From positions 140,521,358 to 140,585,357 of the forward strand of contig NC_058130.1 of the NCBI RefSeq assembly GCF_016433145.1: 64,000 bases of DNA, given 5' to 3'. Numbering within the stretch: the first letter of the stretch is position 1; every line of letters begins with the position of its first letter. The notes under the pieces are model-generated. The model was not told the origin of the DNA and searched no databases. It saw only the letters and a list, made by a program, of their open reading frames with translations. This document shows, piece after piece, positions 22,301 to 31,640 of the stretch. Origin of the DNA: Gracilinanus agilis (Eukaryota). The translations under genes were made by a program, and so were the position numbers.

Positions 22301-24211
22301 CAGGAAGACCTGTGGTCTGAGTCCTGACACTAGTTGTGCGACTCAGGAAGCACTGTGGTCCGAGTCCTTAAGACACTAGTTGTGCGACTATGGAAAGACA
22401 CTTAAACCTCTCCCATTCTCAGTTTCCTCATCTGTAAAATGGGGACAACAACACCTACCTCACAAAGTTGTTGCATCAAATAGGTGATAATGTGTACGGT
22501 GCTGTGCAAAACACTTTGCCATTGTAACATACAAGGATCAGTTGAAGTAACTAAGGAGTTAGCTTGGAAATGAAAAGATAGCAAGGGCGGTATTACCACT
22601 GGCTTCTAATATCTGAAAGACTACCAAGTGCAAGAGATCAGGATTGTTTTCCTTGAACCCACAAAAGGAACCAGAGCTAGCTGGTAAAAACTACAGGGGA
22701 TCAGGGAATAAGGAATAGAGGATTTAACAATCAGAACTATCAAACTATGTAATGGACAGCCTCTTTAGGTGGTGAGTTCCCCATCACCAGAAGTGTTCAA
22801 ACAAATTGAGTTAATTGTCAAATGTTGGATAGTGGAATCTTGATCTTGCTTCAGACAGAATTGAGACTAGAGGATCTTTGAAGTCCCTTTCCTCTTTGAA
22901 ATTCAATGAGTCTGTTTTCTCTCCTTGTTATACTCAGGCAAAGCTAGAAGAGGAGCGGAGCCATCTTTGGAGCCGGGCCTTAGTGGCAGAGGAACAACTC
23001 TCACAACTGCAAGAGTATGTGAACAAACATCTAGGCAGGTGAGCCCAGGTGAAGCTGCCCCAGAGGGACCCAGTATTACATCTGGATGGTTCTACCTCCC
23101 CCTAAGGTCTTCCTCATTACTTCATCTGATAAGGCACAGGAATGTAGCTATTCTGGGACTTTTATCTCAGACTGTTCACTGGCCCTTCTGCCCCTGGCTC
23201 TTCCACACAAGGAGCAGGGAGTAATATACCTTCCTTTCAAAAACACCAAGCAAGGGGGCAGCCGGGTGGTTCAATGGATTGAGAACCACCAGGCCTAGAG
23301 ATGGAAGGTCCTGGGTTCAAATGTGGCCTCAGATACTTCCTAGCTGTGTGACCCTGGGCAAGTCACTTACTTAACCCCCATTGTTTAGGCCAGTGATAGG
23401 CAAACTTGGAAAGGAAATGCTTATCTGTCAGTCTTGTTTCTAAGACAACTCTTTCGAAATTTCATTGTATTGTATCTTACTCATTGTATTTGTCAGATTA
23501 GGAATAATGTCTCGCAGCAGGATAGAACATTTCAGGGGGCCCAGGGGCCATAGTTTGCCCATCACTGGACCACTCTTCTGCCTTAGGAACCAATACACGG
23601 TATTGATTCTAAGATGGAAGGTAAGGGTTTAAAAAAAAAATACCAAGCCAACCACTAGCTTATAGCTAACTCCATCAAACCGCCTGGGTTTTCTCTCCCC
23701 ATTACCCTTCCTTGCCTCTCTTGGCAGAAACAAGCATAGAGAGATGGTAAAGGCACTGTTATCTGAAATCCAAAGTCACTTAAAACTAGGATGATGCCAT
23801 TGGGATTGATGCTAATCCTAGGCTTCAAAGGAGTTAAGACCTGGGCAGTTAGGTGGCTCAATGGATATCAAGCCAGACCTAGAGATGGGAGGTCCTGAGT
23901 TCAATCTAACCTCAGATCCTTCCCAGCTGTGTGACCCTGGGCAAGTCACTTAACTTCCATGGCCTAGTCTTTACCACTCTTCTATCTTAGAATTGATATT
24001 GATTTTAAAACAGAAGTTAAAGAGTTAAAATTAAAAAAAAAAAAAGGGAATTGACACCTGACCTAGAACAAAGTTATCTTCCCTGGACCCTCTCCACAGG
24101 TACAAGCAGGAGATCCTGAGGCTGAGGAAGCTTCTGGGGAATGAGTCCTCACAGTCTGCTGAAACCACAGTTTCCTTAAATGCCCAGAGCCAAAGTACCA
24201 TCAACCACTAG
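10305..24211 (+). CDS. CCDC78: Coiled-coil domain-containing protein 78 (deuterosome/centriole-amplification protein); 14 coding exons, 548 aa from this exon onward
   Basis: Exons with AG/GT boundaries and one continuous frame: 10305-10436 (VQIRPR...LSEEQKLQ), 11091-11177 (IYKELIDLQIETNRLKEQYEMESFELKSE), 11548-11727 (ILTLENRVLDLEL...), 12905-13087, 13840-13890, 14623-14723, 15698-15776, 16520-16645, 17310-17524 (...SREQQLAKVARNYKKR...), 17892-18066, 19110-19153, 20694-20754, 22938-23038 (AKLEEERSHL...QEYVNKHLG), 24100-24211 (YKQEILRLRKLL...TAG). Total 1647 nt with no internal stop. Motifs match recalled human CCDC78 (ISKELVDIQI, ILRLESRVLELEL, REQQLARAAR, EEQLSELQEYVDQHLGRYKHEILRLRKL). The acceptors at 17310 and 17892 are the least certain. 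Confidence 0.93.
14301..14441 (-). mobile_element. SINE1_Mdo-like SINE (partial)
   Basis: Same family pattern in reverse orientation. Confidence 0.8.
15852..16035 (-). mobile_element. SINE1_Mdo-like SINE
   Basis: Same family pattern in reverse orientation. Confidence 0.85.
16324..16393. repeat. Compound (TA)n(CA)n microsatellite
   Basis: Seen directly. Confidence 0.98.
16656..16852 (+). mobile_element. SINE1_Mdo-like SINE
   Basis: Same family pattern. Confidence 0.8.
21625..21810 (-). mobile_element. MAR1/RTE-tail-type marsupial SINE
   Basis: Contains gtccatggagtgttcttggaaaggatattggagtggtttgccagttccttctccagtggatt (RTE/BovB-like tail) joined to a CORE segment. Confidence 0.6.
22298..22386. 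repeat. Imperfect tandem duplication of about 43-46 bp in the head of a MIR-like element
   Basis: actcaggaag..ctgtggtc.gagtcct..gacactagttgtgcg occurs twice in tandem (22298-22340 and 22341-22386). Confidence 0.9.
23254..23640 (+). mobile_element. SINE1_Mdo-like SINE split by a hAT MITE
   Basis: 5' half 23254-23390 and 3' half 23568-23640. Flanking TSD aaaaacaccaagc (23239-23251) and aaaaataccaagc (23636-23648). Confidence 0.9.
23391..23567. mobile_element. Non-autonomous hAT (Charlie-type) MITE, 177 bp
   Basis: 16-bp TIRs: CAGTGATAGGCAAACT, and AGTTTGCCCATCACTG whose reverse complement matches at 15/16. Confidence 0.85.
23845..24046 (+). mobile_element. SINE1_Mdo-like SINE
   Basis: Same family pattern with an A-rich tail. 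Confidence 0.85.
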
Positions 24212-24313
24212 CTATGTCTGTTGAACCTATTCCCAAGAAACCACTGGAGGAACTGGCCCTAAAAGCCAATGGGCAGGAAGTTTCATATGGATTTCTAGGG
24301 TATATGGGATGGG

Positions 24314-24319
24314 AATAAA
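24314..24319 (+). terminator. Candidate CCDC78 polyadenylation signal
   Basis: AATAAA about 100 nt after the TAG at 24211. Confidence 0.6.
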
Positions 24320-24679
24320 CTCTTAATCTGCAAAGAGGAATCCAATTTTCTCAGAATTTTGTGCCTACTGAGATTACTGTAATGCCTTCCTACAGCAACG
24401 GTGAACCTTGAACTAGGCCATCATCCCACCAAGAGCAGCCTGGAACAAGGCTCTACACTTTTGAGCCTTGTACTCTGGAATGCTCTCAGCTCTCTGAGCC
24501 TCGAGGCCCATTCACTTTAAGTATGGCCAGGCTACCTAATCTGATTTTTATGAGGATAAGAGCCATCAGAGGAAAAGAAACAACTTGGGTTTTTTTTTTT
24601 AAATTGGAGGGAAAAAAAAAGCAAAGTAGTTGTGGTTCCAATGGTGGTCAAGAGAGCATCAAAATAGACAAAACCAACT

Positions 24680-24685
24680 TTTATT
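24680..24685 (-). terminator. Candidate ANTKMT polyadenylation signal
   Basis: TTTATT on the + strand (AATAAA on -), about 265 nt after the stop at 24950. Confidence 0.6.
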
Positions 24686-24949
24686 GTGTTCAAATGTGAA
24701 CCACAAGAAACAAGTTTCAGTTCTTGACCTAGACCGCCAGTGAAAATCTTCAGAAATAGTCCTGAACTTCCCTCAGTGTTGGCTCTTATCATCTGTTTGA
24801 GCCCCACATATAGTGACTAGGAGCAGCACATCCTGGTTCTTTGTAGTTAAGGAAGATGAAATCCTTGGCGAGGATGAGGGCTAGCCGGGTTGCTCTTATA
24901 TAGAAGGTAGAGTATCCCTCCCATGAAGAGAGCTGTACCTCCTCAAAAC

Positions 24950-27675
24950 CTAGACAGGTGTTCCCTGTTCGAAGGCTGCAGCCCTCTCAGCCATAGTTTG
25001 CCGGACGCGTCCAACATCATAAGCCCAAACCTTGTCCAGGCCCTCACCAACTGTAGCTGTTGGCTCCCAATTGGGAAAAGGGAATCGACCAGATATCACT
25101 CGGGCCTCATTGGGCAATTCTGCTAGTAGTTTGGTCTCCAGGAGAGAGAGCTGTGGAAAGAGGCCAAGTCAGGAGAGGGGTTTGGTGAGGGGTGGGAGAG
25201 GTCAGTAATAATGATAAAGGGATTGGTTGGAAACACAAGGTCACAGAGTTAGGAAAAATTTGGCCTCACCAGGCTGAAGTTCAAAACCAGTAACCCTATG
25301 GCTGGTCTGCCACCCTAGGGTCAAACAAGGTCTTCCAAAGGATCTTTTTAATCTGGTGGCCAATTTCCTCCAAAGTGTTCCCATTTCATCTCAAAGACAC
25401 CAAGATGTCTTTGAGGTTCCTAGCAACATCCAATGCCAGCCCATTTGTGAACAGTCTGCTAATTTTTCACGGGGATGACTAGAGAAACAAGCAGACGTTG
25501 GCTGTGAAGTCAAACAGATGGGGTACTGGCCCAAGATGCAACAATTACCTCAGTTTGAATCATTCCCTAGCCCTGGGAATATATCAGTTCAACAAATCCC
25601 ATGGCCCTAAAGCCTCTCGAAGTACTCAGACATACCACACTGGGAGCCAGGAACACTGTGATATTGCTGCAATCAGCCAGATTCACCTGCAGAAGAGATA
25701 TGGCTGCTTAGGAGAGAGAAGAAATGGTGACAACCTCAAGGGACTCAAGAGACTGCTTTGCAAATGTCTTCTACTTTTATAACACCTGGAAAAGGGAAAC
25801 TTTTGCTCTACCCAGGGAGCCTAGAAACCTCTAAACATGTATAGATTTCAGATTCCCAACAATTAAATTGGTTTCTTAATTCCAAGGGAACCAAGAGATA
25901 GCAGGCCATTGGCCTAAATTAGCTTTTCTTGCTCTTCTTCCTCTGTTGATGGCCTCTAATTCCAAGGTCAAAGTTATGCTAGACCAGTGGTTCCCATACT
26001 TTTTTGGCCTACCGCCCCCTTTCCAGAAAAAATATTACTTAGCCCCCTGGAAATTAATTTTTTTTTTAATTTTAATAGCAATTAATAGGAAAGATAAATG
26101 CACCCCTGGATCTCTGCAGCACCCACCAGGGGGCGGTGGCATCCACTTTGGAAATCACTGTGCTAGACCAATGACTATTTTTAGTCTTTAAAAACACCTA
26201 AATGGCCCCCATAAAAACCTAAGGAAGTATTATTAGCAAGTGAACTAACATCTTCACCAATCCAAAGTAGGCGGTGTTTGACCAATTCAGAAAGGCCAGA
26301 GGGTCCAAAGCCCTCAGGCCATAGAATCATTTAGGAACTGGGAAAGCAGCTCATTTCCAGGTGGCTTAGAAATTGTCATTCTTCTAACACTGATCTGACC
26401 AAGAGGATTAGATAAAATAAGAGGAGGAAAAGGTTAAACTGAGTCAAGAGACTTCTCTTGCCACTTATTCTCTGTGATCTTGGACAAGTTATTTCCCCTC
26501 TCTGGGTCTCAGTTCCTCCTCTATAAAATGAGAAGGTTCAAGTAGATTTCCTCTAAGGTGGGGGCAGCTAGGTAGCACAGTAGATAGAGCACAAGGCCTG
26601 GAGATGTGAGGTCCTGGGTTCAAATATGACATCAGACACATCCTAGCTGTGTAACCCTGGTCAAATCACTTAACCCTGCTTGCCTAGCCCTTGCCCTTCT
26701 GTCTTACAGTTGTCACTAAGACAGAAAGTAAGAGTTTAAGAAGAAAAAAAATGAGTGGGAAGATTTAAGAAGGATAAGATAAGTTACCTCCTACTGCTAG
26801 ATTCTCTAGGTACCTCATCACTCTAGCTTTGAGCATGGTCGCTTACTAGGCCAGTCAGTACTTCTGTGCCCTGTTGTCCCATTATCCACTCCAACTAACT
26901 AGAATCCTGAATTAAAGAAAAGGAAGGGTATAGAGCTGCAATTACCTTCCAGAGATCCTCTTTTAGGTAGCAAACCCTTTGAGCACAACCAGCCCGCCAG
27001 GCATGGAGCCGGGAAAGCCGTAGAAGCCAGGGATTCAGTTCATAACCCACAGCAGGATAGAATCCTCGTCGGTATGCTGCCAAAACCTACAGGGCAAAAC
27101 AATTAATGCTCCCTACCATATCCCTCAAGGATCAGAGAAGGCATTGACTAGAGAGACACAGCAAAAGCCAAGTATAATAGATTTCAGCAAATATAGGGAT
27201 AGGGGAAGAGATACATAGAGGGAATGGTATCCAGAAGAAACCCTAACCTTATGAAGGGGCTTGGGACCTATAAGATGGAACATGGGAAAAGAAACCCAAT
27301 TAAGTTTGACATTCAAGGCCTCCACAATCTAGCTCTAACTGCATTAATCATAATTTTATGAGCTTGTAATATTATTTCAGTGCCTTTGCTGATAGCCTTT
27401 CCTCTGCCTAAAATGTCATTCCCTGACCTCAACCCATTAAAATTTCCCTAATACCATCTTTCCATGAAGCCTTCCCTCTCTCCCCAAATGGAAATGAATA
27501 CTCCCCCTTTACAAATCTCATTACATTTTGCACTTTTCTTATACATTTATCATACTATTTTGTATTAGTTACCTATGTGTTTGTTTTATTCCTATTCTTT
27601 AACAACCTTCCCTGCAAATACCAGACTCTCCTTGAGAGTAGTGACAGTTGTTTATCTCTATAATCCTCCTCCTCC

Positions 27676-27742
<67 letters not shown>

Positions 27743-28248
27743 CCGGGTGCTAGACTCAGACAGTGGTCAATAAATGTTTGCAGAATTTTTTGGAATGACC
27801 TGAACGTAGAATAGTCTGAAAGGAACTCTATCCTCCAACTAGAAAGACAGACAGAGAGAAGGAAGCAGAGATGGGGGATTTTTTCCTCCTTACAATCCTG
27901 CCATCACCAGAGCCCAAGTCCACTATCTTTCCAGAGCGACCCTGGAGAAGATTCAGCACATTCTGTACCTGCCGCTTACTTGCTGGAACATAAGGCACCT
28001 GAGAAGACAGAAAGGGCACAAATTTGGAAGCTGTGCTTTAATCAATATTCATCATTCCTTCTCCCCACCCACTGAGGCCAGCTTACCTGAAGCTTCAGGG
28101 GTACTTTTCGGAAACCAGGCATGAGGAACCCTGCCCATACGGCATAGACAAATAAGCCAGCACCAACTGCCAACTGCATTACACCCAAACCTCCAATGGA
28201 ACGCCCTTGTAGTTCTGTCATGGCTTCTCCAGGATCATCTTGGTCCAT
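24950..28248 (-). CDS. ANTKMT: Mitochondrial adenine nucleotide translocase lysine N-methyltransferase (FAM173A), 219 aa
   Basis: Minus-strand exons: 28248-28087 ([13 protein letters not shown]...FRKVPLKLQ), 27998-27894 (VPYVPAS...DLGSGDGRI, 7-beta-strand methyltransferase motif I), 27086-26946 (...[10 protein letters not shown]...DLWK), 25686-25636 ([17 protein letters not shown]), 25150-24950 (...SGRFPFPNW...[13 protein letters not shown]...TAG). All introns are GT-AG and phase 0. The sequence closely matches recalled human FAM173A. Confidence 0.96.
25985..26160. mobile_element. Non-autonomous hAT (Charlie-type) MITE, 176 bp, with perfect 8-bp TSD
   Basis: TIRs CAGTGGTTCCCATACT and (reverse complement) CAGTGATTTCCAAAGT match at 12/16. 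TGCTAGAC is duplicated at 25977-25984 and 26161-26168. Confidence 0.9.
26561..26750 (+). mobile_element. Marsupial CORE SINE
   Basis: ggggcagctaggtagcacag head, core and gcccttctgtcttacagttgtcactaagacag tail variant. Confidence 0.85.
27678..27739. repeat. (CA)n microsatellite in ANTKMT intron 2
   Basis: Seen directly. Confidence 0.98.
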
Positions 28249-28846
28249 TGCTAGGGGGGCAATATATAAATTGGCTTTGAGTATCCATCTTTCTGCTCCA
28301 CTTTCTCTATTGGTCCCTTGCTTTTCTTCTTTCTCACCCCTGGCCTTCCCAAGATGCAAGGCCCCTCCTACCTGAGGAAGGACCTTACCAATCAAGGCAA
28401 GGTCAGTTAAACCCTTGACATACAAAAAACTTAATACTCCCAATGATAATGAACCCCACTCTTTAGGCTAGCATGTAAAAGGGGGGGGAGTGATTTGGAA
28501 CTACTAAGTTAGGCTGCAGAATGCATTGTACCACCAGCTTCAGCATATTGGGTCAGTCTGACAAAGGGCAACTCTGAGAAGCCACTAGAGTTCAGATGTG
28601 AGGGTATTAGCACATATTTGGAATAAAAGGAACAGTGATTCTTAAACTTTTAAAGTGCTGGAGCTATACTAATTTTTATATCACAGAAAACCAATTAATC
28701 AAAATCCCAAGTGCCTCTTAATATTAAAATAATTGGTTTTCTTATGAAATCAGAGCAGTTGAGTATAAAACTCAAATCAGCTCTCAACTCCTTGCTGCCC
28801 CTCACACTATGCCCATAGTATAATCATATGAAAGGCCTGATCTCAG

Positions 28847-29025
28847 TGGGGAGCTGGGTGGCTCAATGGATTGAGAGCCCAGATATGGGAGGTCCTAGAT
28901 TCAAATCTGGCCTCAGACCCTTCCTAGCTGTGTCACCCTGGGCAAGTCACTTAACCCCCATTGCCTAACCCTTACGACTCTTATGCCTTAGAACGAATGA
29001 ATACATAGTATTGATTCTAAGAAAA
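28847..29025 (+). mobile_element. SINE1_Mdo-like SINE
   Basis: Same family pattern. Confidence 0.85.
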
Positions 29026-30099
29026 AAGGCAAGAGGTTTTTTTGTTTCTTAAATAAATAAATGGCCTGATCACTCCACACTATCCCCAAAAGGAAGAGAC
29101 AGAGCAATGTAATGTGGATGTGCCTTCCCTTAGGCAAAAGATTTTACAAAATTATAGACCATCAGAGAGGGAAAAAGATCCTCTAATTCAAACCTCGATT
29201 TTGCAGTAGTTATTGACACCCAGAAGGAATCTGCTCAAGTTCCCATGGTGAATCAGTAACAGAACCAGGTCTGCAAACCTGGGCTCTTTCCATCATGATG
29301 AAAACTTCTAAAATGAAATTCTATGATGCCAACCCTATTTTAAATATCCTACTTAGATATGCTATTTAAGGGAATGTTATAATGTATCCTTTTATAATCA
29401 CAGCTTCCCTTCAACCTTGCTTGTTCTTTATGCATGCAATTTTAACACTTGCCTAAAGCAAGATTCAAAATCTGAGAGTTGGGTTAGGTTAAGTAGTCCA
29501 AAATATATTTTAATAAGAATCCCTTCCAAACACACTGGGTAAGTGAATAAACGTTGTAAGCTGTTCAAAGTAAACTCTCTAACCAAATCAAAGATTCCTG
29601 ATCATCTAGCCTTTCCTTGAACACCTGCAGTGACATAGGACCCATTACTTCCCAAGGTAGTCTGTTTCTCCTTTTGTTAGCTCATTTTTTCTTCTCAAGG
29701 ATCCTAAATCAGGCTTTTTGACACTTTCACCTATTGCTTCTAGTTCTGTCCTCTGGGGCCAAGCAAAACAATCCCATTCTCTCTTCCGTTTTGACAACTC
29801 CTCAAATACTTGGAAGTCAGCTATCATGTCCCTCCATGGTTTTTTCCCAAGCTAAATAACCCCCAGTTCCTTTCAATGATCCTTATATGGCACTAATGAT
29901 CTCATGGCCCTTCATCAAAAGTCCTTCTTTGGATGCTGTAGTATTCAAAACTGAAATATTCCAAATGTGGTCTGGTCAATGCTGATAGAATACAGGATTA
30001 TCCATCATATCCTGCCTCCAACCCACAAACCTTCCTGGAGGTTATGCTACTCTTAATGGAGACTAAAATAATATTAATGGTGTGTGTGGGACGGTCAAG

Positions 30100-30290
30100 T
30101 TGCTCAGCAAATAGAGAGCCAGGCTTGGAGACAAGAGGTCCTGTGTTCAAATATGACCTCAACCACTTCGAGCTATATGACTGTGTGTGAGTCACTTAAC
30201 CTCAATTGCCCAACTTTTACCATTCCTCTGCCTTGGAACCAATATTTAGTATGATCCTAAGACAAAAGGCAAGGATTAAAAAAAAAACTT
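30100..30290 (+). mobile_element. SINE1_Mdo-like SINE
   Basis: Same family pattern, more diverged. Confidence 0.8.
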
Positions 30291-30949
30291 AATGGTTTTC
30301 CTTTTCTGCAGCTCCACTTAGCCTTTCTGTTCTGCCCAGGCTGATCTGTGGGGAAGGATATATTGGGTTGAAAGGAAGTTTGTTAAGTCATTACACCTGT
30401 CCCTGCTTCCAACCTCTCATCCCTTGGCCTAAGCAAAGAGGTCTCTCAACTAATAAATGTACAAATGTACTGAGGGGTGAGGTGGGGGTTGGGGGTGGTA
30501 AAAGATTTGTAAAATGTTGATTACTCAAGTAGAAAGTAGGTAGCAGAGGGTGCCTAATAATCCTCCACCCCTCAGGGGAGACTGGAGATCCAGGAGCTCT
30601 CTCTTTTCATGGCACTTCCCTATCTGGACCTCAGTTTCCCCATCTGCAAAGTGAGGGTATGGGACTGATGATCTCGACTCCTCTTCCAGTTGTACGGTTT
30701 ACTGTGTGACCTGGTGCAAGTCACACTTCCTCTCCTGGGGCCTCCGCATCTTTAAAGAGGGATGCTAATTCCCTCGAGAGGCTGTGGCAACAAAACGAAA
30801 GAAAATTCTTTACAGGGGTAACTCCGAAGCCCGGGTCACTCCCTCGCCCTTTAGCCCTGGTAGGCCTTAGGACATCAAGAAATCTGTGTCCTCTAGGTCC
30901 TTTCCTCCCATTCAGGAGTCGGGGGTAAGGGGGGAACCTGGAGCGTGGC

Positions 30950-31640
30950 CTCACAGGCTGGGACAAAGCCATTCGCCCACCCTCCCAGATTGCCCACTTA
31001 ATCTCTGGGGGCTAGAATCCGGCCCCGCTCCCTTCCGCCACCGCTCCAGCTGGGAAAAGTTCGGCCACTACACCCCACCCCACCCCATCCCACCCATGGA
31101 AGCAGCAAGCAGAGTCGGGGCGGAGAGCAGCCCCTGACCCTCTATACACTTGCTCTGCCTGGATCCCAGGACCCCCACCCTCAAGTTTTACTGGCCAATT
31201 CCCTCCGCAAGGCCGCAGCCGATCAGGGGAAGCGAGGTCAAGCGGAAGGACGGGCAGGTCGCCAACGGTCACCCGGAAGAGAGTACACCGCCTGGTCGGG
31301 TGGGGCCTGGCCTGGCGCGTGACCTCCTTAGGAGGTGGGGCGCGTGCGCGAGAGTCGAATGGGGTGGTCGGGAAAGCTGACTGGCCGAATCGCTCACCGT
31401 CACCAAGGAGACGGTGCAGGGGAAGGACAGAGGAGAGGAGGAAGAGAGGGACGAGAAAGTGCGCACGCGCACTGTAAACGCGCCCCTCCTTCCTCGCGCA
31501 CCTAACGGTCACCCAGCCCAGGGAGCCAGCCTGGGGGAGGAGCGCGTGGTCAGTCTGCTTTTATCCACGTGGCTAAGGGAGGTTGGGGGTAGGGAGAGCC
31601 TGAGTTATCTTCTACTTCGCCCCAGACGTGCCATACCGGT
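30950..31640 (-). promoter_or_regulatory. CpG island, probable ANTKMT promoter and non-coding first exon
   Basis: CpG-rich block in a CpG-poor background. NRF1-like TGCGCACGCGCA at 31460-31471 and GCGCGTGCGCG near 31340. ETS/GABP-like CCGGAAG at 31273 and GCGGAAG at 31242. It is the nearest island 5' of the ANTKMT start codon. Confidence 0.75.

Noticed and set aside
28249-28443. In-frame N-terminal extension of ANTKMT suggested by the ORF track
   Set aside because: It starts at a non-ATG codon, has no in-frame ATG before 28248, and homology begins at MDQDD.
28685-28742. 13-bp perfect inverted repeat agaaaaccaatta / taattggttttct
   Set aside because: It is AT-rich, short and without a TSD; probably a decayed DNA-transposon remnant or chance, and not a credible miRNA hairpin.
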